In this document: piece by piece, positions 19,590 through 29,625 of the stretch
Position numbering within the stretch: position 1 is the first letter of the stretch
Layout: the number at the start of each line of letters is the position of its first letter
Made by a program: the position numbers and the translations under genes
Source: Bdellovibrionales bacterium
GTDB taxonomy: Bacteria; Bdellovibrionota; Bdellovibrionia; Bdellovibrionales; JAGQZY01
Direction: 5' to 3'
DNA length: 64,000 nucleotides
NCBI GenBank assembly: GCA_964230645.1
Contig: CAXRHT010000001.1
Coordinates: forward strand, 64,001-128,000
Notes under the pieces: generated by a model
What the model was told of the DNA's origin: nothing
The model's database searches: none
Seen by the model: the letters and a program-made list of their open reading frames with translations, nothing else

Positions 19590-20474
19590 TTAGGCATCGG
19601 AAGGTTCTGGCTTTTTCTTTACAGCCATCTTCTTCATCAGCTTTTGACCCATTCTCACTTTTTTACGTTTTTGATGAATAAGACCCCAGCTTTCTTCAAA
19701 CAACAAGACCACGGTGCTGCCCAAATGAAAGGTGCCGAACTCTTCCCCCACTTGCAAAGGACGCCCCTCATTGTAGGACCGATGAACCACCTCTCTTTTT
19801 TTCAAAAGATTGGTTTTGATATTGGGATCAAAGCGAAAGGACATAGAGCCCACATTGGTGGCCCCCACCATGACCATAATCACCTTGCCTCTCTCGCATT
19901 CAATGCCTGTCACCACTCGTTCGTTAAGGGAGTAAAGGTTTTTGATATTTTTGACACTCCAATGATTCACTGGCCAGAGTTCTCCGGGCACGACAGTGGA
20001 CCATTTGATTTGGCCTGTCACCGGTGAATGCACGCGGTGGTAATTATGGGGAGCCAAATAAAAGGTAAAAAAAGAACCCGTCTTAAAATCATCATCCCAA
20101 GGATTGTCCGGCACAAATTCATCAACACTGTAGGACTTTCCTTTGGCTTGAATAAGGAGTTCCGAGTGAATTTTCCCGGACTCAATCAAGAGCCCATCAC
20201 AGGGATTCACTAAGTCAGCCTCAATGGGCCTAGCCTCTGGTTTGAGTTTACGAGAGAAAAACTCACCCAAACTTTCGTAATCCTCAATAGGCTTTTCGAT
20301 TTCAGAGAGATCGATCTCATAATAGCGAGCAAACTTTTTTATCAGTTTTCTATTGAGACTCTTAGGGATTTTTAAGTGGGCCATTCTCCCTAAATAATGG
20401 CTCATCCATTTTTTAGGGAGCTGGGGCATAATTTGATCGTAAAGCCAATCGTTCACAGCTGGAGACATGATCAC
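19590..20474 (-). CDS. psd: Phosphatidylserine decarboxylase proenzyme
   Basis: FFSRKLK, PCDG, YLAPHNYHRVHSP, NERV, VGATNVGS and the LGST self-cleavage motif. Confidence 0.95.
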   Translation of the reverse strand: MIMSPAVNDWLYDQIMPQLPKKWMSHYLGRMAHLKIPKSLNRKLIKKFARYYEIDLSEIEKPIEDYESLGEFFSRKLKPEARPIEADLVNPCDGLLIESGKIHSELLIQAKGKSYSVDEFVPDNPWDDDFKTGSFFTFYLAPHNYHRVHSPVTGQIKWSTVVPGELWPVNHWSVKNIKNLYSLNERVVTGIECERGKVIMVMVGATNVGSMSFRFDPNIKTNLLKKREVVHRSYNEGRPLQVGEEFGTFHLGSTVVLLFEESWGLIHQKRKKVRMGQKLMKKMAVKKKPEPSDA

Positions 20475-20548
20475 ACCATTCCTTGAAAAAAACTCTTAGG
20501 CAAGCGTTAGCCTATATTTTTTCTAGGAAATGAGCTAGTGTAAATCCT

Positions 20549-22102
20549 ATGGCAAAGCACATCAATAACCTGAAAGTGGCTCTCAATGAAGATTTAGAGG
20601 AAAAGCTCCGTCTCTTAGAGCCCGACTTTGGCCATTACAGAATCCTAAAAAAATCCGTCGACGCCCGCACCAAACAAAAACTCCACTGGGTTTATAGCGT
20701 TGAAGTTTTTGATAAGGGGGAGGACCCAGAGCCTCTTTTTGAAATGCCTGAACCAATTTCCACCTCAGAAAGACCTCTTATTGTGGGCACGGGCCCTGCG
20801 GGCCTTTTTGCCGCCATTCGCTTGGCTGAAAGAGGGATCGCCTGTGACCTTTTCGAGAGAGGTTCGGTGTGTGAAAAAAGAATTCTCGCCATTAATAAGT
20901 ACTGGCGCTACGGAAAACTCGACGAAGAAGACAATGTTTGCTTTGGCGAAGGAGGAGCGGGTCTTTATTCTGATGGTAAATTAATCACTCGAATCAAGTC
21001 CCCCTTCATTCCCTACGTGATGAAACGAATGGTGGATTTTGGGGCCCCTCCCGAGGTGGAGTACCTGGCTAACCCCCATATTGGGTCCAATAAAATTCGT
21101 CGTCTCATCCCAAAGATGAGAGAGTATCTCTTACAAAGAGGCTGCAAAATTCACTTTAATACCAAAGTGACTGACTTTCTTTTTGAAAACAAACAAATTA
21201 CAGGGATCAAAACAGATAAGGGCGAAAGCTTTCACTCTCCGTTCGTGGTTCTCGCCACAGGGCACTCAGCCGAAGACATCTTTTATAAACTGCAAGAACA
21301 CAAAGTGGAGATGGAAGGAAAATCTTTTGCCATTGGCCTTCGGGTCGAGCATCCACAGGACTGGGTGAATCGCACACAGTATCGGGAGTACTCGGATCAT
21401 CCGGAGCTTGGAGCCGCAAACTATAAGCTCACCTACCACAACAAACGAGAAAACATTGGAGTCTACTCTTTTTGCATGTGTCCAGGGGGCTATGTGCTTT
21501 CAAGTGGTACAGAAAAAGATGGAGTGGTCTCCAATGGAATGAGTAACTTTAATCGCAACTCCCCTTACGCCAATGCCGCCATTGTGGTTTCTATTGATCA
21601 CGACAAACATTTTAAAGGAGATCTTTTCGGAGGCCTTAAATTTCGCCGCGACTTGGAAAGAAAATCTTTTGAAGAGGTACAAAAAAAAGAAGGAGGACAT
21701 AAACTTCCTGCCCAAAATATGATTGATTTTTTAACCAACCAGAACCATCGAAAAGAGCTTAAAGGTTCTTCGCCTTCCGGCCTGCAACCTGTAAGACTCG
21801 ATCAACTTTTTCCTGACAATATCTACCTCCATTTGGTGGAAGCTTTTGAGAGGTTTCAAAAAAAGATGGATGGATTTATTGATTCCAAAGCCAACCTCTA
21901 CGGAGTTGAAACCCGAACCTCCTGTCCTGTTCGTGTGTGTCGAGATCGGGACAGTTTAGAGTCTACCAGTCACAAAGGGCTTTACCCTTGTGGCGAGGGG
22001 GCGGGGTTTGCTGGTGGAATTACTTCAGCGGCTTGCGATGGAGTGCGGGTGGCCGACTCGATTGCTGAGTCTTTAAGCTCCTCAAAAGCTCAGGTCCAAT
22101 GA
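20549..22102 (+). CDS. FAD-dependent oxidoreductase (COG2509-type)
   Basis: GTGPAGLFAA, FGEGGAGLYSDGKL, YSFCMCPGG, ETRTSCPV and GEGAGFAGGITSAA motifs. Confidence 0.9.
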   Translation: MAKHINNLKVALNEDLEEKLRLLEPDFGHYRILKKSVDARTKQKLHWVYSVEVFDKGEDPEPLFEMPEPISTSERPLIVGTGPAGLFAAIRLAERGIACDLFERGSVCEKRILAINKYWRYGKLDEEDNVCFGEGGAGLYSDGKLITRIKSPFIPYVMKRMVDFGAPPEVEYLANPHIGSNKIRRLIPKMREYLLQRGCKIHFNTKVTDFLFENKQITGIKTDKGESFHSPFVVLATGHSAEDIFYKLQEHKVEMEGKSFAIGLRVEHPQDWVNRTQYREYSDHPELGAANYKLTYHNKRENIGVYSFCMCPGGYVLSSGTEKDGVVSNGMSNFNRNSPYANAAIVVSIDHDKHFKGDLFGGLKFRRDLERKSFEEVQKKEGGHKLPAQNMIDFLTNQNHRKELKGSSPSGLQPVRLDQLFPDNIYLHLVEAFERFQKKMDGFIDSKANLYGVETRTSCPVRVCRDRDSLESTSHKGLYPCGEGAGFAGGITSAACDGVRVADSIAESLSSSKAQVQ

Positions 22103-22200
22103 TTTCTTTTATGTGTTAAAACGGCCTCAACATAAGCATTGACCCCTTCGGCGCTGGTGACTAGACTTTTGGATGTAATATCAATTTCTAAGGGGGATTC

Positions 22201-23121
22201 ATGTTAAAAAAGATAAGCTTGGTTTTATGCTTGCTCCTTCCCGCCGCTCAGGTTTTTGGGGAAGACATTTCACTAACCATCGAAGAGTATGATGTGATTC
22301 GCAAGAAAGCATCCATTCTTGTTTTAGATCAAAGCCAGGTGCCTCTTGGAACAGTGATCCGCGTTCATAGTAAAACCGGAACATGTGAAGTGAAAATCAC
22401 AGAAAAAGTCAGTGATCATCTTATTGGCTCCACCAGAGGGTGCACCGAGTCAACCCTCACTCCCGGCATGAAGCTTGCCTACACCCCCACTCAAACTTGG
22501 GAAGCTCCCACAACCTACAGAGAGCCTGCCAGCACGACTTCCATGGACTACAGAGGAGACGACGCCCTGGATGAAATCTTAGATCGCACCACTTTTTATA
22601 TTGGTCACAATTTCGCCAGCGAGCTGGAAGGAAATGTGGGCACAAGCTCCAACGCCGCTATCTCTGATCTTGAAGGAGACACCGCTCTCTCTCTTGGTAT
22701 CAAGGGGCGCATTTATGATTTTACGGATCGTTTCTCTTTTGCCGCAGAACTTGGTTACGAGTCCCCTCGGACAATGGATCAGGCCGTTTACACAACTAAT
22801 GCTGGCACCAACGAGCAAGGCACTGTGGGCTTTTCCCCGCGTCTCGTATTATGGCATGTGGCAGCCCTTGGACAATTTGCCGTGATGGAAAAAATGAACG
22901 CTTTTGGTGGAATCAATATCGCACTTCCTAGTGTTGAAAACGCTCCTTTTAGCCTTTCTGGAAATTTAGGTTTTCAAGGCGGAGCCAACTACCGCATCAT
23001 TCCCAATGTGGCCATCGAAGGCCTTGTTAAGATCATCAATATGGATCTTCGCAACAACCTGGGGCAAGAAAACAATGTTAGCCTCTCAGGGGTTGAGCTC
23101 AGAGGACGTTACTTCTTCTAA
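22201..23121 (+). CDS. Outer-membrane beta-barrel protein with an N-terminal soluble domain
   Basis: Signal peptide, alternating beta-strand pattern and C-terminal RYFF. Confidence 0.75.
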   Translation: MLKKISLVLCLLLPAAQVFGEDISLTIEEYDVIRKKASILVLDQSQVPLGTVIRVHSKTGTCEVKITEKVSDHLIGSTRGCTESTLTPGMKLAYTPTQTWEAPTTYREPASTTSMDYRGDDALDEILDRTTFYIGHNFASELEGNVGTSSNAAISDLEGDTALSLGIKGRIYDFTDRFSFAAELGYESPRTMDQAVYTTNAGTNEQGTVGFSPRLVLWHVAALGQFAVMEKMNAFGGINIALPSVENAPFSLSGNLGFQGGANYRIIPNVAIEGLVKIINMDLRNNLGQENNVSLSGVELRGRYFF

Positions 23122-23151
23122 GACTTTTCAGAAATCAGTTTAAACTTCAAT

Positions 23152-23189
23152 AAGACCAGAGCCGCAAATCTCACTCTGGTCTTTTTTTT
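23152..23189 (+). terminator. Rho-independent terminator
   Basis: AAGACCAGAG...CTCTGGTCTT followed by a T-tract. Confidence 0.75.
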
Positions 23190-23293
23190 ATGAAGCAACA
23201 ATCCCCACAAATCACCACATAATCGTCAGTCCCTCTTAATTCCAAAAACTTTTGGGAGCCTTTAAAGTGAAGCAGAAACTTTAGGAGGTTTTA

Positions 23294-23812
23294 ATGACAT
23301 ATTTAAAAACATCACTCATAGCCGCTTTGGCTTTATTTATTTTTTCAGAACCCACCCTTGCAAACACACCCGATGACAAAGATCGCCTGACGGGTATTAT
23401 GCAATGCCAGCTTAAAGCCGACCGAGACATGGTATTAGAGTATAGCGCCTACCGTGGCTCAGGACGACTGGTGGCCAAAAAAGGGGGCGAAAAAGTGATG
23501 ACAAGAGATATATTTCTTCTTGAGGGTCAACGCTGCTCTGCCTATTCCGGAACTTGTCACACGGTTATCAATGCGCCCTTGCGTGTAGGAAATGAGCTTC
23601 AGTTTTTCGTCAAGCAAACCGGAGAAGTCTACAACTTCCCAGACATCTTTAATCTCACCGTTAATGAAGAAACCATTGAAGTGCAAGACACTGAAGAGTT
23701 TGACTCCTCCCTTCACTTGGCAGTGGGTTATGAAGGCGCACCCGCTCCTCTTAACGAGCGTGGAAAGCTCGATATGATTTGTGAAGGAACTCTCTACCGC
23801 GCTAACAAATAA
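23294..23812 (+). CDS. Hypothetical secreted protein
   Basis: AGGAGG RBS; signal peptide ending PTLA; 4 Cys. Confidence 0.8.
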   Translation: MTYLKTSLIAALALFIFSEPTLANTPDDKDRLTGIMQCQLKADRDMVLEYSAYRGSGRLVAKKGGEKVMTRDIFLLEGQRCSAYSGTCHTVINAPLRVGNELQFFVKQTGEVYNFPDIFNLTVNEETIEVQDTEEFDSSLHLAVGYEGAPAPLNERGKLDMICEGTLYRANK

Positions 23813-23822
23813 GTGAGTTTCT

Positions 23823-23890
23823 AAGTCTAAAGGTTAAACTTCGAGAGATCGTTTTGCTTTTTTCACTCAAGTTTGCCTTTAGACTTTTTT
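23823..23890 (+). terminator. Long hairpin / terminator
   Basis: AAGTCTAAAGG(T)TAAACTT ... AAGTTTGCCTTTAGACTT followed by TTTT. Confidence 0.6.
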
Positions 23891-23899
23891 CCAAAGCGC

Positions 23900-24263
23900 C
23901 TGTCATTCTGAGGGCTCTGTCATTCTGAGCGATCTGTCATTCTGAGCGAAGCGAAGAATCTATCGCCACTGAATTCACGTTATCAATCAAAGCTCTCGGC
24001 AGTAGGTCCTTCGCTACGCTCAGGACGACAATTTGGAGTTATGGCAATTCTCTCCAATTATTATTCTGAGGGTTCTGTCATTCTGAGTGCTTTGTCATTC
24101 TGAGCGGAGCGAAGAATCTATCACCACTGAGTTTGCGTTTTTAACTGTAGTCCTCGGTAAAAGATTCTTCGCTACGCTCAGAATGACAGATCGCTCAGAA
24201 TGACAAAGCACTCAGAATGACAACGGGCTCAGAATAACAATGGGCTCAGAATAACAATGGGCT
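23900..24263. repeat. REP (GTCA/CGTC-type) doublets with 17-nt tandem stutters
   Basis: TGTCATTCTGAGCG(A/G)AGCGAAGAATCT at 23935 and 24093; inverted copies at 24004 and 24162 (both with 42-nt spacers); TGTCATTCTGAG repeated with period 17. Confidence 0.9.
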
Positions 24264-24277
24264 AAAATTTCTAAATT

Positions 24278-25717
24278 TTAAGAGAAAACTTGTTCAATGA
24301 TCTTGGGAAGATCCTTAAGCATTAAGTCTGGAGTGGTGCGCTTTCTTCTTTGACTCCCCAGCAGACGATGCACTCCAACTCCCGCGCAGGCCGCATCCAC
24401 ACTACTCAACCCTTGAGCCATAAAAGAGGCAATGATTCCCGCTAGAATATCCCCGGAGCCTGCCACTGCAAGAGAGGTTTCATTCCAGTCCGTGATCCAA
24501 GTTTTTTGCTGACAAATAAGCGTATCGTAACCTTTTGCTACAACCACAGCGGAAGTTTCATGATTCAGTTTTTTTGCTCTCTCAAGCTTTGTGAGTCCCT
24601 CCTCTTCAATCATTCGACTGAGCTCTCCGGTATGAGGTGTGAGTACAACATTTGAGTTTTTGAACTCTTTTAAAAGTTCTAAGCTTTCCTGATTTAAAGC
24701 CCCCCCATCAAGAAGAATTTTACGATCCGTTTTTAACAATTCATCAAAATCTTCTATAGAGAGATCCCAACCTGGCCCCAAAACAAGGGCATCACTATCC
24801 GAGTCTGAAAGCAAAGAGGTCAGTTTTTTGCCCCCACCATAAGGGCGAAAAACAAGTGATGGATGCTCGATTTGACAGTCCTTAATTAAACTCTCAGGAC
24901 AATAAACTTCAACATAACCGGCTCCGCTGAGCTGAGAGGCCTTAGCAGTCATCAAAGCGGCTCCTGGGTAGGTTTCACAAAGAACCACACCCACCTTACC
25001 GCGTTTGTATTTATGCACCTGAGCACTTCTGGATATTTTATCGAGAAAGTGGGAGGGCTCCGGGAGACAAAAAAATGTTTGTTGAAATTTTGAGACTCTT
25101 TGTGAGATGGGACCGACTCCAATCACGTGACTGATTCCACATTGCTCTTTTCCGGGAAAGAGTAACAGTCCTGGCTTCAAGCACCCAATGGTGAGAGTGT
25201 GTTGAGCCTGAAAACAAGGCTCGTATGTTTTGCCAGTCGTCCCATCCACTCCGCTTGGGATATCAATACTTATTTTTAAGAGGTTATTTGTACTATTGGC
25301 TTCACTCACCCACCGAGAGGCCTCGCCTCTTAAGTCACTATGAATACCGATTCCAAAAAGAGCATCCACACAAACCGAGGTTTTCTCTAAGCTAAAGTCT
25401 TTTTTGATCACTGAAGAAAGTTTTTTTAAATAATGAGCCCTGGCAGAGTTGACATCCTCCGGGTCCGACTGGGCTAAAACAAACACCTCAATGGAATAAT
25501 TGTGATTCAATAATTTAAGAGCTAAAGAAAGACCATCATTGCCATTGTTTCCTGGCCCCACCAGAATTGATATAGTTTGCTCTTTAGAAATATTATTTTC
25601 AAACCACTTGAAGAGACTTTCACCGACAAGGTCTAAGACCTCTTTTAAATCAAGAGAGTCTAAAAGCTCCTTATCAAGCTCTTCTACTTCTTCAGGACTC
25701 AGTAGAGGTTTTGACAA
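24278..25717 (-). CDS. nnr: Bifunctional NAD(P)HX epimerase/dehydratase (YjeF)
   Basis: GPGNNGNDG, DALFGIG, IDIPSG, HKYKRG, LGPG, LTPHTGEL and AGSGDILAG motifs. Confidence 0.92.
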   Translation of the reverse strand: MSKPLLSPEEVEELDKELLDSLDLKEVLDLVGESLFKWFENNISKEQTISILVGPGNNGNDGLSLALKLLNHNYSIEVFVLAQSDPEDVNSARAHYLKKLSSVIKKDFSLEKTSVCVDALFGIGIHSDLRGEASRWVSEANSTNNLLKISIDIPSGVDGTTGKTYEPCFQAQHTLTIGCLKPGLLLFPGKEQCGISHVIGVGPISQRVSKFQQTFFCLPEPSHFLDKISRSAQVHKYKRGKVGVVLCETYPGAALMTAKASQLSGAGYVEVYCPESLIKDCQIEHPSLVFRPYGGGKKLTSLLSDSDSDALVLGPGWDLSIEDFDELLKTDRKILLDGGALNQESLELLKEFKNSNVVLTPHTGELSRMIEEEGLTKLERAKKLNHETSAVVVAKGYDTLICQQKTWITDWNETSLAVAGSGDILAGIIASFMAQGLSSVDAACAGVGVHRLLGSQRRKRTTPDLMLKDLPKIIEQVFS

Positions 25718-25728
25718 TAAAGTCTCCT

Positions 25729-27450
25729 TTAATTGGCGGGGCTAGGCTCATCCTCGCTGTCATCTTCTGTAGAATCACTAAAGGGATCAAAGGTTTCAAA
25801 AGAATCATCACCCTCGGAGTCGGCCTGAGCCTGTACACTCTCTTCCACTTCACCATCAGCTGGCGGCTCGGAGATTTCAATTTGGTTATCAGGATGGAGC
25901 TCTTCGCTACCGGCCTGCATAGTGGCCTCTTCGCTTGACTCACTCTCAGGCTCAGAGAGAGGAAGATTGTTTTCCTCAGCGAGTGAGTCCTCACTTTCTG
26001 ATTGCTCGTCTTTGAGTTCCAATTCTTCGTCTCTTGCCATGGTGTCGGCATCAATCAAATTTTCTGTTGTTAACTTTGAAAGCTCACCTGTTAAACTCTC
26101 ACCACTTGGGATCAGCTCATCGGGCCTATCGGCCTCATTCTCTCCGGCTTCTTGTTCACTCTCAAGCGCAGCGGCTTCTGCTTTGGCTTGTTCAGCGGCT
26201 TCTTTTTCAGCCTGCATTTCTTCTAACTTTTTGTCGTATCTTTCAAGCCACTTCACATCTTTGGTTTCTACTTCTTCACCAACATCTAAAGCTTCACGAA
26301 TATCACGGGCACGATCACGGTCTCGCTTCTCTTTCTGGCGACGTTTTTCTTCTTCAAAAAACTCAGAGGAAGTATCAATACCCTCAAGTGTATCTTCAAT
26401 TTTTGTAAGCTCTTCTTCTCCCTCGGAGTAGTTCCCTTGATAATCCTCAGAAAGACTTTCAGTCACATCACTGAGTTTTTCGTCCTCTTCTTCAATACCG
26501 ATACCATCGGGCAATAACTGATCGATCTCATCAAGCGAAGGAAGCTCTCTTAAATTTCTAAGACCAAAAATTTCAAGAAACTTTCTAGTGGTTCCATACT
26601 GCATGGGCTTTCCGGGAAGCTCACTTTTGCCTTGAAAGTTTACAAGATTTTTTTCCATCAGTGCGCGCACTAAGTGGCCAGACTCCACCCCACGAATTTC
26701 ATCAATTTCACTTTTAATAATGGGTTGCTTGTAGGCAATAATGGACATCACCTCCAGAGCCGGACCAGAGAGTCTAAAAGGTTTGGCTTTACCAAGTTTT
26801 CTTAGAAAATCGAGATTGTCGACTTTTGTTCGAAGCTGCCAACCACCGTTGATTTCCTCAAGGCTCACCCCACGGGCCGGATCGGCATAAACAGATTGTA
26901 GCTCTTCAAGCGCTTTTTTAATGTCTTTGGTTTTAAAAGTGGTTCCTTTAAAAACCGTTTTAAAAGTTCCGATCCCTAGAGGCCTTTCAGACGCAAAAAG
27001 CAGACTTTCAATAATGGAAAGAGCCTGGTTTTGTTCTACGAACTCTTTTGTGTCATCTTCGATCAACTCAAGATTTTCTTCATCCTCATCGTCATCTCTT
27101 GAGGCTTCCATCTCCGTTTGGGTTTCTTCTTCACTCTCAGGACTTTCTTCCTCAGAACTCAAAGCCTCCAGTTTTTCCTCATTATCATCTGAACTGGCTT
27201 CTATAGTGGAGTCTGTATCATCATCAGCTAAAGCTTGGTCCAATTCGTTTTCAGCCTCACTGGCTTCAAGAACTTCTTCGTTTGTATCAGGAGAGTTTTC
27301 ATCATCAGTCTCTTCGATAAAGTCCATAGAGGCTCCCGCCATTTCGATAGAGTCCATGACTTTTTCCAAAACCTCAGAGTCTTTCTTTTCTTCTTTTTGG
27401 TTCTTTTTACTTTTCTTAGATTTCTTATTTACTTTTTCCTGACTCGTCAT
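25729..27450 (-). CDS. scpB: SMC-Scp complex subunit ScpB with long acidic N- and C-terminal extensions
   Basis: IESLLFAS, GGWQLRT, LSGPALEVMSIIAYKQP and PGKPMQYGTTRKFLEIFGL motifs. Confidence 0.93.
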   Translation of the reverse strand: MTSQEKVNKKSKKSKKNQKEEKKDSEVLEKVMDSIEMAGASMDFIEETDDENSPDTNEEVLEASEAENELDQALADDDTDSTIEASSDDNEEKLEALSSEEESPESEEETQTEMEASRDDDEDEENLELIEDDTKEFVEQNQALSIIESLLFASERPLGIGTFKTVFKGTTFKTKDIKKALEELQSVYADPARGVSLEEINGGWQLRTKVDNLDFLRKLGKAKPFRLSGPALEVMSIIAYKQPIIKSEIDEIRGVESGHLVRALMEKNLVNFQGKSELPGKPMQYGTTRKFLEIFGLRNLRELPSLDEIDQLLPDGIGIEEEDEKLSDVTESLSEDYQGNYSEGEEELTKIEDTLEGIDTSSEFFEEEKRRQKEKRDRDRARDIREALDVGEEVETKDVKWLERYDKKLEEMQAEKEAAEQAKAEAAALESEQEAGENEADRPDELIPSGESLTGELSKLTTENLIDADTMARDEELELKDEQSESEDSLAEENNLPLSEPESESSEEATMQAGSEELHPDNQIEISEPPADGEVEESVQAQADSEGDDSFETFDPFSDSTEDDSEDEPSPAN

Positions 27451-28739
27451 GAGATGGTCCCCTTGTCCGCATGATCTTCGTTGTCGTTTAATTCTTGAGC
27501 GCTGGTGTTTTCCTCAGAGGGCTCACTCAAGGCCAACTCTTCAGCACTCACTGACTCTTGCAAGCTCACAGTCTCAGGCTCTGATCCTGGGCCCTCTTCA
27601 TCTTGGCTTGGCGTTAAATCCTCAACCTCTTGTGCCTCTTCCTGGCTAGCCACTTCTAAAGCTTGCTCTTTCACGGAAGCCTCAGTGACGTCTTCTGGGC
27701 CAGATTCGTTTTCCATTTCACTGGAGTTTCTTAAGGCCTGTAAACTTTCATCATGACTCGCCTGAAAAGGGCTCTCTTCTTTGATATCGAGCTCTTCTTC
27801 GGCTTTAAGGATGTCATCATCACTGGCCATATCAAAGCTTTCTCCGTCTTCAGAGTTTTCTTCGCTCAGCTCATCACTATTATCGTCATCTTCTGCAGAG
27901 GCCACCATTTGCTCGGCCTTTTCAAAAGCCTCCTCTTGAGCTTCTTCCATCAGGCGGTCGGCGGTTTGCTCAGAAGCGCCTGAGTCGTACTCTTCCACAC
28001 GCTCCACGGACTCTAGGGTGATTTCTCGTTTGGCCGTTAAATAAATGTCTCCATAAACTTCTGCCTGATAAACGGAAACAAGGCCCATCTTCCCCATCTC
28101 TAGGCAGGAAAGAAAGGTGATTAAAAGCTCCTCTTTGGCTTCTTCAACACTGGTCAGAAGATCGCGCATAAGAACCCTTTGCCCCACGACAAACTTTTCT
28201 TTCATCTCCATGATTCGACCAGCAATGGAGCGAGTTTTCCTGGCCACTTTATGAATGGCTTTTTTCATTTTTCTTACGGAATTTCGATAATGAGCAATTA
28301 GAGAAAAAAGTCCGCCCTCATCAAGAATGATCTCGCCTTCTTCATCGGAATGGAAGTTTCTTCCTTTTCCACGGCGATAGACATCGCGCCCTAAGAGAGG
28401 TCTTTCATAAAGTTTTTTTGAGGCCTCTTGAAACTTTTGATACTCGATCAAGCGTTCGACGAGCTCTTTTCTAGGGTCTTCCACCTCGTCTTCTTCCCCT
28501 TCCTCATTGTAGTTGGGAAGAAGCATTTTTGATTTGATCTGAATGAGGGTAGCCGCCATGGCAATAAAGTCGCCGGCCACTTCAAGATCAAACTGTTTCA
28601 TCTTTTTGATATATTCCAAGTATTGAGAGGTAATCAGTTGGACATCGATATCAAAGATGTCCATCTCTTCCTTGCGAATCAAATAAAGCAGTAGACCCAG
28701 AGGTCCTTCAAATTGTGGGATATGGATAGATAAATTCAC
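27447..28739 (-). CDS. scpA: Segregation and condensation protein A (kleisin) with an acidic C-terminal tail
   Basis: FEGPLGLLLYLI, FIAMAATLIQIKSKMLLP, DPRKELVERLIEY and TFLSCLEM motifs. Confidence 0.93.
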   Translation of the reverse strand: MNLSIHIPQFEGPLGLLLYLIRKEEMDIFDIDVQLITSQYLEYIKKMKQFDLEVAGDFIAMAATLIQIKSKMLLPNYNEEGEEDEVEDPRKELVERLIEYQKFQEASKKLYERPLLGRDVYRRGKGRNFHSDEEGEIILDEGGLFSLIAHYRNSVRKMKKAIHKVARKTRSIAGRIMEMKEKFVVGQRVLMRDLLTSVEEAKEELLITFLSCLEMGKMGLVSVYQAEVYGDIYLTAKREITLESVERVEEYDSGASEQTADRLMEEAQEEAFEKAEQMVASAEDDDNSDELSEENSEDGESFDMASDDDILKAEEELDIKEESPFQASHDESLQALRNSSEMENESGPEDVTEASVKEQALEVASQEEAQEVEDLTPSQDEEGPGSEPETVSLQESVSAEELALSEPSEENTSAQELNDNEDHADKGTIS

Positions 28740-29395
28740 AGGCCTCCCAAAGAGATTACGAATTGCCAGGAAGATTCAACAATTAAAATTAATGGATAAG
28801 CAATGTAACGGAAAAGTCCGGAGATAATCAACACCATCAATCCAATTTGAAGATGATTTTGATAATCTTCGAGCCAACGGTTCCAGTGATAGGGTAAAAA
28901 ACGAGCTAAAATTTTTCCACCATCCAAGGGATGAAGAGGAATCAGGTTAAAAAAGGCAAGAACCACATTAAGCATCAAGAAAATTCTCATCATTGAATAA
29001 AGTGGAGAATTAAAGGGCACCTCGATCACATGCACCATCAGCCCAAAAACGAAAAGACCCACAATAAATAAAAGAATGTTCGACATGGGGCCGGCGAGCG
29101 CCACCCAGAACATATCGTTTTTGGCATCTTTTAAATTTCTTGGATTCACCGGCACTGGCTTAGCCCATCCAAATAAAAAAGGAACGTGGGTAACGATCAT
29201 TAGGACCGGTAAACCAATGGTTCCAATCCAATCGATATGAGGAAGAGGATTCATGGTGAGTCGCCCCATCATCTCGGCTGTGTTGTCGCCTCTCATTTTA
29301 GCGACAAAACCATGGGCGAACTCGTGAAAACACAGCGCGAACAGGAACGGGGGTAAGAACAAAGCAATACTAATCAGAGTTTCCATTGGATCCAT
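28736..29395 (-). CDS. Site-2 protease family (M50) metalloprotease
   Basis: HEFAH, GRLTMNPL, GWAKPVPVN, VALAGP and FNLIPLHPLDG motifs. Confidence 0.95.
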   Translation of the reverse strand: MDPMETLISIALFLPPFLFALCFHEFAHGFVAKMRGDNTAEMMGRLTMNPLPHIDWIGTIGLPVLMIVTHVPFLFGWAKPVPVNPRNLKDAKNDMFWVALAGPMSNILLFIVGLFVFGLMVHVIEVPFNSPLYSMMRIFLMLNVVLAFFNLIPLHPLDGGKILARFLPYHWNRWLEDYQNHLQIGLMVLIISGLFRYIAYPLILIVESSWQFVISLGGL

Positions 29396-29625
29396 AGGAA
29401 AACTCTAGCCCAAAGGCTTAGGGCTGTCCACACCGCAAACCCGGGATTTTCCAGTTTTTTTGCACTGATATTGAGCAGATAAGCCCCCGCTATTTTGAAT
29501 CTGAGGCTCGTTTGAGCAATATGAGCTTTTGGCACTTTTTGGAGTCATTTAAATAGGCACGAATTATGGCTAGAATTTCGGGCTCGGATTTTTAATTTTC
29601 CTCCAATCGACGTTAGAATAAGGAG

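Noticed and set aside
23900..24263. CRISPR array
   Set aside because: Repeat units are 12 nt with 5-nt linkers and occur in both orientations; there are no unique 30-40 nt spacers and no cas genes. The pattern fits REP elements.
25922..27983. Ser-rich plus-strand ORFs
   Set aside because: Antisense shadows of the Glu/Asp-rich scpA/scpB codons.
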